64,000 bases of DNA from assembly GCA_028534125.1 (NCBI GenBank), contig CM052817.1, positions 66,900,001-66,964,000 on the forward strand, in the 5' to 3' direction. The notes beneath the pieces are model-generated. The model was given only the letters and a program-made list of their open reading frames with translations. It did no database searches and was not told the origin of the DNA. This DNA comes from Lama glama. Lineage: Eukaryota. Below are positions 36,801 through 50,345 of this stretch, piece after piece (the stretch's first letter is position 1; each line of letters opens with the position of its first letter). Both the position numbers and the translations under genes were made by a program.

Positions 36801-39341
36801 TTTAGCTGCCGGTATTATAAAGAATTCTGATATAAATTTTAGTTTTTGGTTAATTTTTTTGTAGATAACATTTTACTTCTGTTTGAAAACTTGTGTAATT
36901 ATTATTTTCTTATTCCTAGAGTTTAGATTTTTTTCAAATTCAGAAATGACATGACCAGCTGTGAGTTTTTTTAATCTGCAAACTTTGTTTCTTTCCATCT
37001 TGAGGCCATTTTCTATTCTTAGCTTAAATTTTTATCCCCCTGCATCTGTGCCCTCCTTTAAAAAATAACTACTATTATTTATACTTTATGTACCATTAAT
37101 ATATTCTCCAATCTTTCCATCTTTTTCTTCATTATATCTATTTAGTTACAGTTTTGCTCTGTGATTTAGATATTTTTTCGACTTGATTTTCCAAGCCATT
37201 AACTTAAGTTACAACTGTTTCTGTCTTCTCATTCAATCCATCTACTGACTTTCTTAGCTGGTAAATTATGTTTTTTGGTTTATTTTTGTTTTAACTCAAA
37301 AAGACATTTCAACCCACAGCAAATTTTTCTTAATTTTATTAATCATCATTATCATCATTTTTAAGTTCAAGTCTCTCTTGTGTTCAAGAGCCTCTTCCAT
37401 CAATCCTATTTTGCTGGATATTCTTCTGTTTAACTCATCTATCTCTCCCTTGGCAACTGGATCTTCCTGAAGCACTAGGGGAAAGTTTATTTCCTTCTAA
37501 TTTTCCATCATAAGAAGCGGAAACAACAGAGTAACTCCTTCAAACTCCTAATGCCCTCTTGGGACCAGAGAGACTAGGCATAGTTGAGTTGTCAGATATT
37601 ATTCTATTCCCAATGGCACCTGCAGATCGCTTAGAATAAATTTATGTCCAGATAGTGAATTGTGGCTTTGCAACATAGTATCTCTTTTAAAGTGGTCTCT
37701 AAACATACCCTCTCCCTTGAGTGAGAATACCTATTTTCAATAGAGATTTCAGAACACCTGAATGAAGCAGTCTGAAGGCCTCAGAAACCATTTGATTCAA
37801 GAGAGAAAAATGGGATGGAGAGAAGGCAGGGAGGAAGTAAGATCTGCCTGTTCAGTTAGTTTTGTTCTCAGAATCCTTTTACATCTACGTCAACAGAGCC
37901 ATCATAAATGAAATTTAAATTCAGGGATATGCTAATACTCTTTTTGAGGGCAGAGAATAAACTTTCTACCTTTTCAAAAAATTTCTTCAGCATAATAATG
38001 TAGGAGATACACAGTGCACAATGTAAGAGCTAAATAAATATTTAATTGACTGTAGAGGCCAGCATTTCAAAATACTACACGTGAACATCATTCTGTGCTT
38101 TATAATTTTTTAAGAAGTTGTTTGTTAAGCCTCTGCTACCTGAACATGAAAGAAATCTCTTCCTCGTGTAGTATAAATCCCTTTAACTTTTGCTTTTTTC
38201 TATGAATAATAATTTCAAAGAAACTCGTATGTATAAACAACTATTTCTATGTAGTTTCTGTATTCTGATTTTTGCTTCAAAGCAGAACAGAAAAACACAT
38301 GAAAAATTATATTTTAAATGTATTTTGTATGTTTAAATTCATACCACAATGTGAAAAAAGGGATTCCTCAATAGTTTTTTGAAAAATCGCCTGGATATAT
38401 AAAAATCTTTTACTAATATGAATGATTTTTTTAAAAATCTGGTATTTCTTTACAGATTTCTTTTATCCATGGAATTGGAACTAAGTAATATTTTGAACAA
38501 AATCACATTTCCATTAACTTGCTAGAATCACTCTACTGAAGGGAGTCATCTGTCAAATAGCAAAGAAAAGAAATAGTAATAAATGCTCTTGAAGTCCGTG
38601 ATCTCAGAACGCATGTTACCCTTGGCATATACTGCAGTTATAGCCAACTTTATCTCCCCACTTTGTACAGTATTTTGGAAAATATTTTTATGTGATCGCT
38701 CCTATTGTAGTTGGTACCCACCAAAGAGTTAGAATACAGATTGCTTATAGTGGAGAGGTATTTTCTTATTAGTTTTCAGAAGCACATCACAGAAAAGCAA
38801 TATATCAAGTACTACACAACAAAAAGGACGATAGCAAGAAGAAAGAAGCTGTGATAATGCTGTGTGAACTTGCTCTATTTCTATAAATATTCAGGGCTTT
38901 CAGTGTAAATTTTTTGGGGAACATAGCCTAGTGAAATATAAATATAGCTCTACAGACTATATTTATATTTAATAGGCAGGGTCTGATGTAGTTACAACTG
39001 CTATTGGAGGATTTGGGAGTAAGATGAGGATTCTCTTTTTGTGTATGTGGTTTTCTAAGGTTGAAAAAGTAGGAAAGACATTCAGAATTTGAGTGTGATT
39101 ATATTTGTAATTGCTCTAAACTATTTGTTTTCTCACTGTGTTTTTCACCACCATAGAGATGCCATAGAGAATTTCTCTGAATCCTCAGAGGGGAAAAATA
39201 AGAGAAAGAGATTGAGGTTCTATTTTGTCTCTTTAATAAAATTAGATTTTTATCTTTAAAGATTTTATTTAAATGAAAAAAGTCATCATTAAAAAGTTTA
39301 AAAACACTGCTCAGGAGGACTTGGTAACCTCAAATGAGAGA

Positions 39342-39354
39342 GGTCATGATGACC
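39342..39354. promoter_or_regulatory. Perfect consensus estrogen response element GGTCAtgaTGACC
   Basis: Sequence (A)GGTCA TGA TGACC(A); motif match only, function not shown. Confidence 0.45.
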
Positions 39355-39939
39355 AATGCCAGTAAGAGACTGTCTGGATTGAGTTGAGTAGGTAACAAAA
39401 CCCACTGGTCAGAAGTACACATTAATTGCTTTTATATTAAAAATGTAAACTATTAATTTGCATTTTTGAGAGTTGAATGAGCCCAAATTGGGTCAAATTT
39501 ATTCTTTTTGGGAAGTGATTTCATGGTAATGCCAATTAACTCCTTCTTCCAGGAGGATATTTAATAGTGTTTTTTAAAAGTGCTTCATAGGATTATTACA
39601 CAGTTGGCTATTATTTTTTTCCACTAAAATAATTTCAGTCATTTTTTTCTAAAGCATGCAGATAAAAAAACAAATTACAGAGAATATCACATCCATTTGA
39701 AGAGTAGCACATATATAAGGTGGAACTCTCAGGTATAGAAAGGCAGAGAGTTTCAGCATAATAAAAATGATTTCATTAACTGCAAAGCAGTTGATTGTCT
39801 TCAATTGGAGAGTTTTTTTTTGTCCAAAGCAAAACTTCAGTAGATATCAATAGACAGAACAAACAAACAAACAAAAAAACAGTGCTTAAAGGCTTTATTT
39901 TGAGCAAGAACATAAGCAAATAGTAAGACACTAAGTTTA

Positions 39940-40140
39940 TGCTATCTAACACAGTGGCCGCCAGTCACATGTGGCTAAGGGAGCCCTTAAAATGTCGTCA
40001 GTACAAATTGAGATGTGCATTAACTATAAGATACACACTAGACCTCAAACACTTATTATGAAAAAGTAGATTAATACATCTCATTAATAAATGTATATTG
40101 ATTACAGGTAGAAACAATAGACATATTGGTAAAGGATTAT
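39940..40140. mobile_element. MER3/MER33-like hAT-Charlie MITE
   Basis: gtggcc.ccagtcacatgtggcta...ttaaaatgt...aattgagatgtgc...atacacactaga...atctcattaataa..tatattgattaca. Confidence 0.75.
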
Positions 40141-40749
40141 TGTGTTTATCTGTGAGATTAGAAAAATGATACCTAAGAGCACACTGATGATTAACTTTAT
40201 ATGCACACATAAGAAACTCTATGTAACTCAAGCCCTCAAATTTGGTTTGTTTTCAACAAATATTTTGCTATTTTTAACCCTCTCCATAAAAGGAGTCTTT
40301 CAGATATTGAACTGAGTGAAACTTAATCTGATAATTAGAATCAAAAATTCCAGGCCTCGAATGGAATAAATGATTTGAGCAATTTGCTCCCAGATTTTGG
40401 TCAAATGAGACCCTTTTCTGTTTACAGGGGATCAAAGTTTTAATGGCTAACAATAAAGCAATAGACAGTACTTTTGTGTCTCTAAATTAAATTTAACAAG
40501 TATTATTGAAAATAATTATGCATACTGCACACTATCTGTCCTTAAGGGAAGTAAAATTAAATACTATCTCAACAATGCAACAATTAATCCATTTTTACAA
40601 TATATATATTTTGGAGCATCTACACTGTGTGGCATTGTGTTAGGAAATATAATATTAAAAGGCCAAATGTATTAAATGCCAAGAGAGGTCACACTAAGAA
40701 TCAGAGATGTGGAAAGTCACGTGCATTTTGGTTGTTTACAATACACTTT

Positions 40750-40980
40750 GCGACATTCATGAAGTATTTACTATGTGTCAGGTACTATTCTAAAGTTTTA
40801 CATTTATTAGCTTTTCATTATAACAACCTTATGAATTAGGTATTTGATTATCATCATTTTACAGATGAGAAAATTCAGGCTAAAAGAGATTAAATGTCAT
40901 AACTCACAGCTACTTAAGTAGGAGAAGAAGGATCCAAACTCAGCAGTCTGGCTCCAGCAATCATACATTTCACTCTCTGG
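40750..40980 (-). mobile_element. MIR
   Basis: ttactatgtgtcaggtactattctaa...taacaaccttatgaattaggtatt...cattttacagatgagaaaattcaggct...ggatccaaactcagcagtctggctccag. Confidence 0.85.
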
Positions 40981-41339
40981 ATATTGAGAGAAAGAAATTT
41001 ACAATGGAGTGGACAGCATGAGTGAGTAGGTCAACAAAAAAAGTATGTATCTAGGGAATATGAACTGATCCTGCTGTGGCTACTTCGTTTGTACGGACTC
41101 AGATTCTGTGGTTACGACAACATCAACTCTTGCTAACTTAAAACGATGTTTTTTGTTTTGTTTTTTTGTTTTTGGAAGGCTATTGAGTTGTTCACAACAT
41201 TAATAGAAATGCTTGAGAAAGAGTTTCAGAAATGGGCAATATCAGAGCTGTTCTAGATGTTCCAGATTTTACTGCAATTATTAATACACTCCATCATTTC
41301 CCCTTTGCATCATTCCAATAACTTTGAAACAATATCAAT

Positions 41340-42150
41340 AACAATTCAAAGTATTAGACCCTGACTGTGAACCCTGAGTGAGATAAAGTATAAGGACTGA
41401 AAGAACTGCAAAGGAATTTTGAACTTTATATGGTAGATTTGCTCTTAGTAGTGGTAGTAGTTTTGTAATTTTGGAGCTATTTTTAAATAACTGTAAGATA
41501 TAGAAAAACATTAATATTAAGTGTATGTGGAATGAGGGTTCTCCTAATGGAAGAAGGGAGTTACAAACATTGAATGAGCGAAAATTAGGGGGGACTCAGA
41601 ATGTTGGAATTGAGTTGATGGTATCTGTGTGAACTCATGACTTAGTTTCCTTGCTCTGCTCACTGAAGGGACCTAGAAACAATAGCATCCTACTATCAGT
41701 ACATACACTGAGAGGTTAAATCTTGGTTTCTAAGTGCTGTACTCCGCTAAAAGAAACCAGGAATTATTAGAGAATTAACAGCTTTCAGAACTGGGGCAGG
41801 GAAAGTACAGGGAAAACTGTTCTGTCTTATTATGGAGAAAACACAGAGGTGTTCAAAGAATGATAGAATCAGAACAAAGGGGCAGAGAGCTGACTTGAAG
41901 GTGCCTCCACTGGTCAAACTGGGCCAAGTCAGCATCAAAAACTAATCATGATAGTAATGCATAATACAAATAAACTGTGTCCATTTTAATACTAAAAAAA
42001 ATGATGGGAGACAGAGACTGCTTTACATAAAAATGCCAACTAACACATATGTAAGGAATCATATGGTTAGAAAAGTTATCATTTTGTAGTCAGGATGTAA
42101 TATTTAATTCTGGCAACCACTATCAACTGATGCTCAAATGCTCACAAAAA
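41340..42150 (+). mobile_element. Ancient L1 3' UTR (L1MC/L1MD-like)
   Basis: ccttgctctgctcactgaagggacctagaaacaat; atcttggtttctaa; ctaaaagaaaccagg; ctggggcagggaaagtaca. Confidence 0.7.
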
Positions 42151-42734
42151 GAAAATTCCACATTGTTTATTGCTTTGATTCACTGTAGGTATTCTTTTAA
42201 TATGTCTTATGTTCAGACCATTTTCAATTTACTTTATCATAAAATTGATTCCTTGGGAGCTACATGAGTTGAGGGAGGTGTTGTTCAGTGACTATTCAGC
42301 AGTGTTTGGAGAAACCATCACAGTAGCTATATTCAACAGCAACAAGTATTCACCACAGAATGATTATTGCCAAATTGCCTAACGAAAAGTGACAGTGATA
42401 GTTTCTACTTCACTTCGTTCTTTCAAAAAGAAGGAGCCTCAGACAAGAGCTATAACTTATATAGCAGAACAAAAATATTTAGACATTTTATAGAACAAAT
42501 TGTTATTTCATGTAAGTAATGTAGTCATTAATCAATTAGCTTTGAGTCCCTTTTGCACCTTATAAATGCATTAGATTTTTAAGTATGTGAGCCAGTAATT
42601 AAGCTATCTAGCACCAAAATTTATTTACATCTATATATAAGCACAGGGAGTATAAGGAATGTACATTTTGGCAATAAATATATTTGTTCTCTAGTACTGA
42701 TAAATATCTGTTTAAAACTCAATAATTTACCTCC

Positions 42735-43494
42735 TCAACGAGATTTCACCTCCCATCTGTCAGAATGGCTGTCATCAAAAAGAATACGAATAACGAATGT
42801 TGGTGAGGATGTGGAGAAGAGAACCGTCCTACAGTGTTGATGGGAATGTAAATTGGTGCAGCCACTGTGGAAAACAATCTGGCAGTTTCTCAAAAAAACT
42901 AAAAATAGAACTATCATATAACCCTGCAATTCTACTCCTGTATATATATTGAAAAGAAACAAAAACACTAATTTGAAAAGATACGTGCACCCCAATGTTC
43001 ATAGCAGCATATTTACAATTGCCAAGATAGGGTAGCAACTGAACTTTTGTCCATCAACAGATGAATGGATAAAGAAGTAGTAAGTATATATATCTATATA
43101 CATACTACAATGGAATACTACTCAGCCACAAACAGAATGAAAATTTGCCATTTGCAGAAACATGGATGGACTTGGAGGGCATTATGCTGAGTGAAATAAG
43201 TCAGACAGAGAAAGACAAATACTGTATGGTATCACATATGTGGACTCTGGAAAAAACCAACACACTGGTGAATATAACACAAAAGAAGCAAATTCACAGA
43301 TACAGAGAACAAACTAGTGGTTACCAGTAGGGTAGGGAAGAGGCATTACAGGAGTCAGGGAGTGGATGGTACAAACTGTTGAGTGTAAGATAGGCTCAAG
43401 GATGTATTGTACAATGTGGAGAATATAGCCAATATTTTGTAATAACTATAAATGGAAAGTAACCCTTAAAATTGTATACATTTTTTAAATTAAA
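42735..43494 (+). mobile_element. 5'-truncated L1 of intermediate age (ORF2 end + 3' UTR)
   Basis: ORF2 end (PFAETWMDLEGIMLSEISQTEKDKYCM); degenerate TSD TCAATAATTTACCTCC (42719-42734) / TCAATAACTTACCCCC (43500-43515). Confidence 0.9.
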
Positions 43495-43559
43495 AAAGAT
43501 CAATAACTTACCCCCATTTTTATACTGAGTATAATCAACTCATGATTGTACTTATCTTT

Positions 43560-45815
43560 AAAATAATTTTTTTATAAAAAAGTTGCAAAGATATTACAGA
43601 GATTTCACATGTACTTCATAACCCTGTCCTACTGTTAAAAATCTTACATTAGAATGATATATGTGTTTAAACTAATCAACCAATATTGATACATTATTGT
43701 AAACTAGAGTATATATTTTATTCAGGTTTCCTAAGTTTTTTACATAATGTCATTTTTCTGTTCCAGAATGCCATCTAGGCTACCTTAATGCATTTAGTTA
43801 TCATATCCTTTGGGCTCCTCTAAGCTGTAGAGTTTCTCAGGCTTTGCCTGTTTATGATGACGGTGTTTTGAGAACCACTGGACAGGTATTTCATAAAATA
43901 CCCCTTAATGTGAGTTTATCACTTGCTCCTCTCATGATTAGTCTGAGGTTACGTGGTTTGTGGAGGTCAACCACAGAGATAAAGTGCCATTCTCATCATA
44001 TGATATTAAGGGTACGTGCTATCAATATGGCTTATCGCTGTTGGTGTTGACCTCGATCGCTTGACTGAGCTAGTGTTTGTCAAATTTAACTACTTAAAAT
44101 TTCCTCATGTTTTTCTCCCTGGCCCTATTGTTTTCTTTAGCAGTACTCACTATGTACAACACATGCTTAGGAAGTTTGTGGTTATGCTTCTCCTTGAGGG
44201 TGGAGTAGCTACATAAATTATTTGGAGTTCTTCCACATAAAAGGATATTTTTCTGTTCCCTCCCCATTTGTTTATTAATTAAGTCACTTATTCATATCAG
44301 TATGGACTCATGGATATATATTTTATACTTTGGGTTATAATTTAATACCAGTTTATTTTTATTTTCTTGCTGAAATTATTCTGGCTTTGGCCCTTGGAGA
44401 TCTTTTAGTTGGCTTCTCTGTCTCTTTGACAAATTACCATTTTGTTATTATTGTTTTTAGCATTCTTACTTTCTAACACTACAAGATGCTCTAGCCTCAT
44501 CCAGAGTATTTCCTGCTCCAGTTCAAGAATCAGACATTTAACTGAGGAGCCCTATTTCCTTTGATTGGGGAATGGTATTAGAAAATAAAATCTGGACTTT
44601 GAGTGTGTTTATTGCTACTAAGCTGTTCTTGCTTCTAGACCCTCCCAGAGGACAGAGCAGGACAGTATTTGTGTATACACCAGCCTGTGTATATACTTAC
44701 ATCGACAAATATTTCTATGTGTATCTCTCTCTCTCTCTATTAGACTAAACATGGATTAGTATTAATGTCTCTAACCCAGTACTACAAGGATCTTTCTGCT
44801 TTTTCTTTACTCGTCCATATTGTTCCATTCCAACTGTGATAAACCTGAATCTCACCATCAGACATTAATTTACTTAGTTGTTCAATTCCCTTATACCTGT
44901 GTTGTGATTTCAGAATTGTTAACTTGTACCTCTGTGAGAAAACAACTTTACCAATTAGAGTACAATGCTCATGTGTGGTTTCTTTTACCTTTAAACATAC
45001 AACTTCCAGTCATTGCCACAATTGCTCAGCTCAGAACTTTCTCTTCCACCCTCACAAATAAGGTTATTTAATATATTTTAATGCAATTAGATTCTTTTGT
45101 CACAGCCTGCATTCCATTCTGGGATACTCTCAACCTCATAAGTGATTTTTAAATTTAAATTTGCATACGTTAAGATTTGTGTTATGGTTGTAAATTATCA
45201 TGGGTTTACACGGGTGCAAAAAGTCATGTTAACTAGTATTACAGTATAACATATCTTGGCTCAACTACTCTAAAAATATCCTTCTACAAAACCCTGACAA
45301 CCACTGCAACCACTGATCTGTTTATCAACTTCATAGTTTATCTTTTCCAGAATGTCATAAAAATGGAATTATATGGCACTTCCAGACTGATTTCTTTCAC
45401 TTAACAGTATACACTTAAATTCATCCATGTCTTTCTGGGGCATGATATTTATTGTTAATAGTATTCCATTATGTGGATGTCTCACAGCTGGTTTATTCAT
45501 TTTTCTGTGGAAGGACATCTTGATTTCTTGCAGTATTTTGTGATTAGAATAAAGCTGCTAGACGCATTGTGTGCAGGCTTTTATGTGGACATGAGTTTTC
45601 AAACAGTTGTGTAAGTATCTAGGAGGGCCATTGCTGGATCATGGTAAGACTGTGTTTTGCTTTATAAGATATTGCGAAACTGGCTCTCAAAATGGCTGTA
45701 CCATTTCATATTCCCACGAGCAATGAATGAAAGTTTTTGTTGCTCTGAATTCTTGCCAGCAATTTTTATTGTTAGCTTTTTGTATTGTAGCTATTCTAAT
45801 ATATATGTAATGCTT
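43560..45815 (-). mobile_element. Ancient L1 3' region (L1MC/L1MD-like)
   Basis: aagttgcaaagatattacagaga; atcagtatggactcatggatat; actacaagatgctctagcctcatc; ccttttccagaatgtcata-type motif; attgctggatcatggtaag. Confidence 0.8.
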
Positions 45816-45819
45816 TATT

Positions 45820-46193
45820 TTTGGAGGAGGAATCTGGAATCTGAGTGGCTAAGTCATGTGGGGGCTGCATCCCTGTGTGACTGATCTCCAGTAAGAACTC
45901 AAGACATCAAAGCTTGAGTGAGAGTCCCTAGTTGGCAGCACTTCTCATGTGTTCTCACATGTCATTTCTGGGAGAATTAAGAGCATACCTGTGTGAATCC
46001 CTAGGGGAGGATACCTGGAAGCATGTGCCTGTTTTCACCAAGACATTGCCCCATGGATCTTTTCCTTTGCTGATTTTCATTTGTATTCTTTCACTGTAAT
46101 AACCTTAATTGTAAGTATAACAGCTTTTTCTGAGTCCCAAAAATCCTTCAGGGAATCATTGAGCCTGGGGGTGGTCATGAGGACTCCATTACA
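45820..46193 (+). mobile_element. Partial ERVL-type LTR (MER21/MER77 group)
   Basis: gtgag...ccct.gttggca..actt...tgtgtt.tcacat...ctgggagaattaag...ctggaagc.tgtgcctg...tttcctttgctgatttt..tttgtat; ends ...CCATTACA. Confidence 0.75.
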
Positions 46194-46194
46194 A

Positions 46195-47380
46195 CCCTTA
46201 ACATTAATCATAAATATTTTTATTTCTCTTCTGATAACTCCAACATGTGTGTATTATCAGTTCTAGTTTAGATGATTGTGTTATCTTTTCCGTGTAGTTT
46301 TTTTTTTGCCTTTTTGCATACCTTTTGATTATTTTGCTGAGAGCTGTACACCTTGTATTGAATAATAGGAATTAAACTAACAAATAATATAAATAGATCT
46401 TTAGTATGAGGATTTATGTGCATTTGTCTTACAGTTAGACTGTGTTTAATGATTATTGTAGCTATAGGTACCAGAAGCTTCAAATTCCTCTAATGTCCTT
46501 GTTTTTGTCTTAGAGGCTTCTCTGTATATTGTGTTTCAGAGAGAGTCTGCTTTGCAGCTCTTTCTGTTGTAATTACTGTTATTATACTGGGGCCTTTTTG
46601 CTGGAAGGGTAAGGTTTAGGGGAGGGAAAACTTTCTATGATCTTTTGATTAAATCTGTCTTTTAGTGGGACTTTGCCTTGGGCTGGCCTATGGCTTTTGC
46701 AAATGTTCTTGATCCTCTTCCAGTTTATAGGTTTTTTTTTTTTTGTAAACCTTGTCCACTATTCTCTTCCCTGTCTGCAGAATTCATAATTCATATCCTT
46801 GAAGCCCTGTCCCTTGTTGATTATAGTTTTTCTCTATAGATGAGACAGAAGGTAGGAAGGGCTAGAGTGGGCAGGAATTCCCTTCACCTTGCTGAGATAG
46901 GATTTCAGGATTTCAGACAAAGTTCTTTCCCCTGGAGAAGACAGCTTTTGTCCGGAGGAGGTTTCACACTGGTTACTCTTCCCCTCACCCAGAGCTACAA
47001 GAGGATCTTTCCTGGAGCCTCACAGTGAACACCTAGCAGCGTTCTTAGGGGATGCCCATGAAAGGATAAGTTCCTCTAAGACTGTAGCCCTATTCTCATG
47101 CTCGTCCATCCTCAGTCTCCAATAAGTCATCAGAATTAACCATATGTTTCTTCAAATTTATAGCTCTATACGCTTCTGCTTCAGGTAAGCAAATCTTGGT
47201 TGTTGTATCTCTCTGAAAGCACATTTCTCTCCACATTTTGGGGTAGCATTTGCCCTAGGATTTCAGTTCCCTGAATAAGTCCAAACAAATTCATCGAATT
47301 TCAACTTGTCCAACTTTTTCTCATTGTAAGGATGAGAGTGAAGACTTCCAAGATCTTTACATGTCAGAGCTGAAACTATT
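46195..47380 (-). mobile_element. Ancient L1M 5'/ORF1-side remnant
   Basis: T-rich diverged L1M-like motifs (tctcttctgataactccaacat; ttccaagatctttacatgtcagagctgaaac). Confidence 0.5.
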
Positions 47381-48822
47381 ATTTTTAAAGGAATGCATAA
47401 TTAGAATAGACTACACTTTATATTAGCTTATTTAAAATCAAGAAATGTCTTCTGGAAAGTTTATGTTGAATTGTGTAAACTTGAAACAGAAATAGAAAAG
47501 GCATTGTGTGTTTTAACACTTTGTTGTACTTGCCAGACAAGGAAGGGAATGGACATGGTTGTTTAGTGAGAAATATAACATATAACTAGAGCTTGCAAAT
47601 GTGGGTATTCTAGAGGGAGCCAATGAGATTCTTTTATTTGAATAATACATTGAGAAGACTATGCCAGGTAGAAGACTGCAAGATGTAATTGCACAAAGCA
47701 GCAAGAAGAGCAAAGCAGGACTCACCATATAACAAAAACTGTGATGGTCAAGAGAAAATTATAACAAATCTTGGTGAATGAAGCCCAGCTTTTGAAAGTC
47801 CAGTATTTCCAAAAATGGCATTTTGGCTAAGCCATCTTATCTGTGGCTCAGTGTGCTTCGTAATCCTTAGATGTGTTTTGCAAGAAGACATAACTGTTCA
47901 GTATAGAAATATCAGTTTATAAGGTAAGGCATTTTTATTTTTTAAAATTTGATACAATTGCAGTTGTTTTATTTTTATATTTGAAACATCACTACTAATC
48001 TACTAATTAATAATATACTTTGCCACTAGATTAAGTATATTCAGAATTTTTCAGGCAAGTTTTTTAAAATTATAAATTGATTTTTTGAAAGTAAATTCAT
48101 CTTTTCTAGTTTTTCAGAGAAAGAATGCTATTTCTAGCAACTGATGTTCAGAAAATATCTTTTGTAAAGTGAGTCATATTTTTTGAATCAGGCTGGCTCT
48201 CAGAATTTTTTTCTCTTACTTTCCAAGTTATTTAAAGATTCTCAAAACGTATTTTTCAAGAGGTATTTAACATGAAAATGGAATAACCATTCATTGATAT
48301 GTTTTCAATGAGGAGTCTTTAGTTTCTATCTTTCTTTCTTTAACCTGGGATTTTATGACTAACCTGGGAATTTTGTTCCTTTTCACAATTAAACAAAATT
48401 TTGTGCTAGCTATATTAGGAAAAAATAGTTTTTATATTAACAGCTATGTTTTAGCCTATTTTAGAAGTTCTTACTCTTATATTTGTTATTGTCAGTAATA
48501 ATTAAAATTTCTTTTAAACACTGACTCTAATAAAAAATTCACAGACTATAATTGGTTCTACATGGGAAATGAAGACCAGCTGGGCATCAATGTTTTTCTT
48601 TTCTGAAGTATATAGGGATTGTTAAAGGATACTGCATATCTTTCAAGGTCCAGTTCAGGGCCAGTCTCTTCCATAAGGGTCTTTGTTGCTAGAGTAGCTT
48701 TCACTGATTTCTGCAATTCCTAAAATTCATTCAGATTCATAGCATGTTTCCAAAATTTGGCAATTAATTTGTTTGCTTTTTAATATGATCTCTAGTTTTC
48801 ATATATTGTCATGCTATATCTC

Positions 48823-49378
48823 TGTGGGAGATATATTTTACAAAAATAGCTACACTAGTATTTCCCATCCTATATGTTCCTTGGTAATTTGATCTTGACA
48901 CTCTTCACATCCTCTTCCCTTGAATTCTAAGTAGGCTTGTAAGTCATTTCTAACTAACAGAATGCAGTGGAAGTAATGCTGCATGACTGCAAAGGCTATG
49001 TCCCAAGTAGTGATCAACTTGTCACTGGGACATTTGCTTTTGGAACCCTGGAATGCTATTTGAGAAGTTTGATTACTCTGAGACAACCAGGTTATGAGGA
49101 AGTTAAGGCCTCATGAAAAGGTCATGTGGAAGTCTCAGCTGAGACCCTACCAGACAGCCAGAACCAACTGCCACACGTGTGAGTCAATAAACCTTCAGTT
49201 GATTCCACCCCAGGCTGTTGAATCAATGTCAGTCATCTAGTCTCCCAGCAGAAGCAAGCCATAACTGCTTGCTGCACCCCATCCAAATTCCTCATCCATA
49301 GAATCCATGAGAATAAAAAATAATTTTAGATAACTGAATTTTGAGGTATTTTGTTATACAGCAATTGTAATTTGAACA
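48823..49378 (+). mobile_element. MLT1 (F/G/H-like) solo LTR, full length
   Basis: TG...CA termini; aacagaatgcagtggaagt.atgctgcatgact; ttgttatacagcaat...aaca; TSD ATCTC/ATCTT. Confidence 0.85.
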
Positions 49379-50189
49379 ATCTTAAATTATATGAAAAGCT
49401 TTGGAAGGAATGGGATATGTATTGCAATTATTCATTCCTATGTAGTCTATAGCAAATGAAGGAGGAAATTTGCTCTACCCATCTTGCAAGCCATTCTGCC
49501 AACTACTGAGGAATTGTCACAGATTATTCAGATTTGAAGTCTCTGATGGAGCCATGATTGCAAGTTGGTGGAGCTCCTGAGCTAAAAGGTCATGCACAAA
49601 GGAGTTCTCTTTCTCTCTTTTGTGGTGAAGTGCTCAGGCTGGTCCCACACAGGGTAACATCCAGGCATCTTACTTCGCTTTTACTCTCTTCTTCAAAGTT
49701 ACCAAAAAGATTCTGGTGAATTTCAAAGATTCAGACCATGGCCCAGAAGGGAGAGAAGTTCCTTAAATCCTCTCTCGCTCATCTCTACATTATTCCTAAG
49801 GTTAGAGTTTGATGCTCAAATTCAAGTAGACTAGATTGAGCTCTGTTTCCTTTCGTCATTCTTTATCCTGTGCTTTCAACTCCCCTGAAGCCTTCCCATT
49901 CTTGAAGGAAGGAGTGTGAGTGCCAGGGTTTTAGCTTTTGTGGGTTCATTAGTCAAATTTTAACTTACTAATTCTTATTTCCAAAAGTAGACAGAGATGC
50001 CCCATTAACTTCTAGTTGGAGAACTCACAAAATACTGGTTAATTAGCTGATCATCAGCAACCAAAGCATATTGCTTGGAAAATAATTGGGACTAATAATA
50101 AGAAGAAGAACAAAATTAATATCGAGAATAAATTGAGAACTTTTTATCTGCTGGCCTCTTTGTAAACCCTTCGCATGTGTTCTGCCTTT

Positions 50190-50345
50190 AGTAGCTCTGT
50201 CACACTTGTGAGGTAAATATTAGATAATATTTTAGAAGGCATGTTTCTATTTCAGACATGAGAAAACTAAGGCACAATCATTTGTTGCAGGTCACACAGC
50301 TAGTGAGCAGCAGCACTAAAATAAACCCAGGTATCTGACTGGATG
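50190..50345 (-). mobile_element. MIR fragment
   Basis: tttcagacatgagaaaactaaggcac...aggtcacacagctagtgag...aacccaggtatctgact. Confidence 0.8.

Noticed and set aside
36550..37350. T-rich segment suggestive of very old L1/HAL1
   Set aside because: Too diverged to assign without an alignment.
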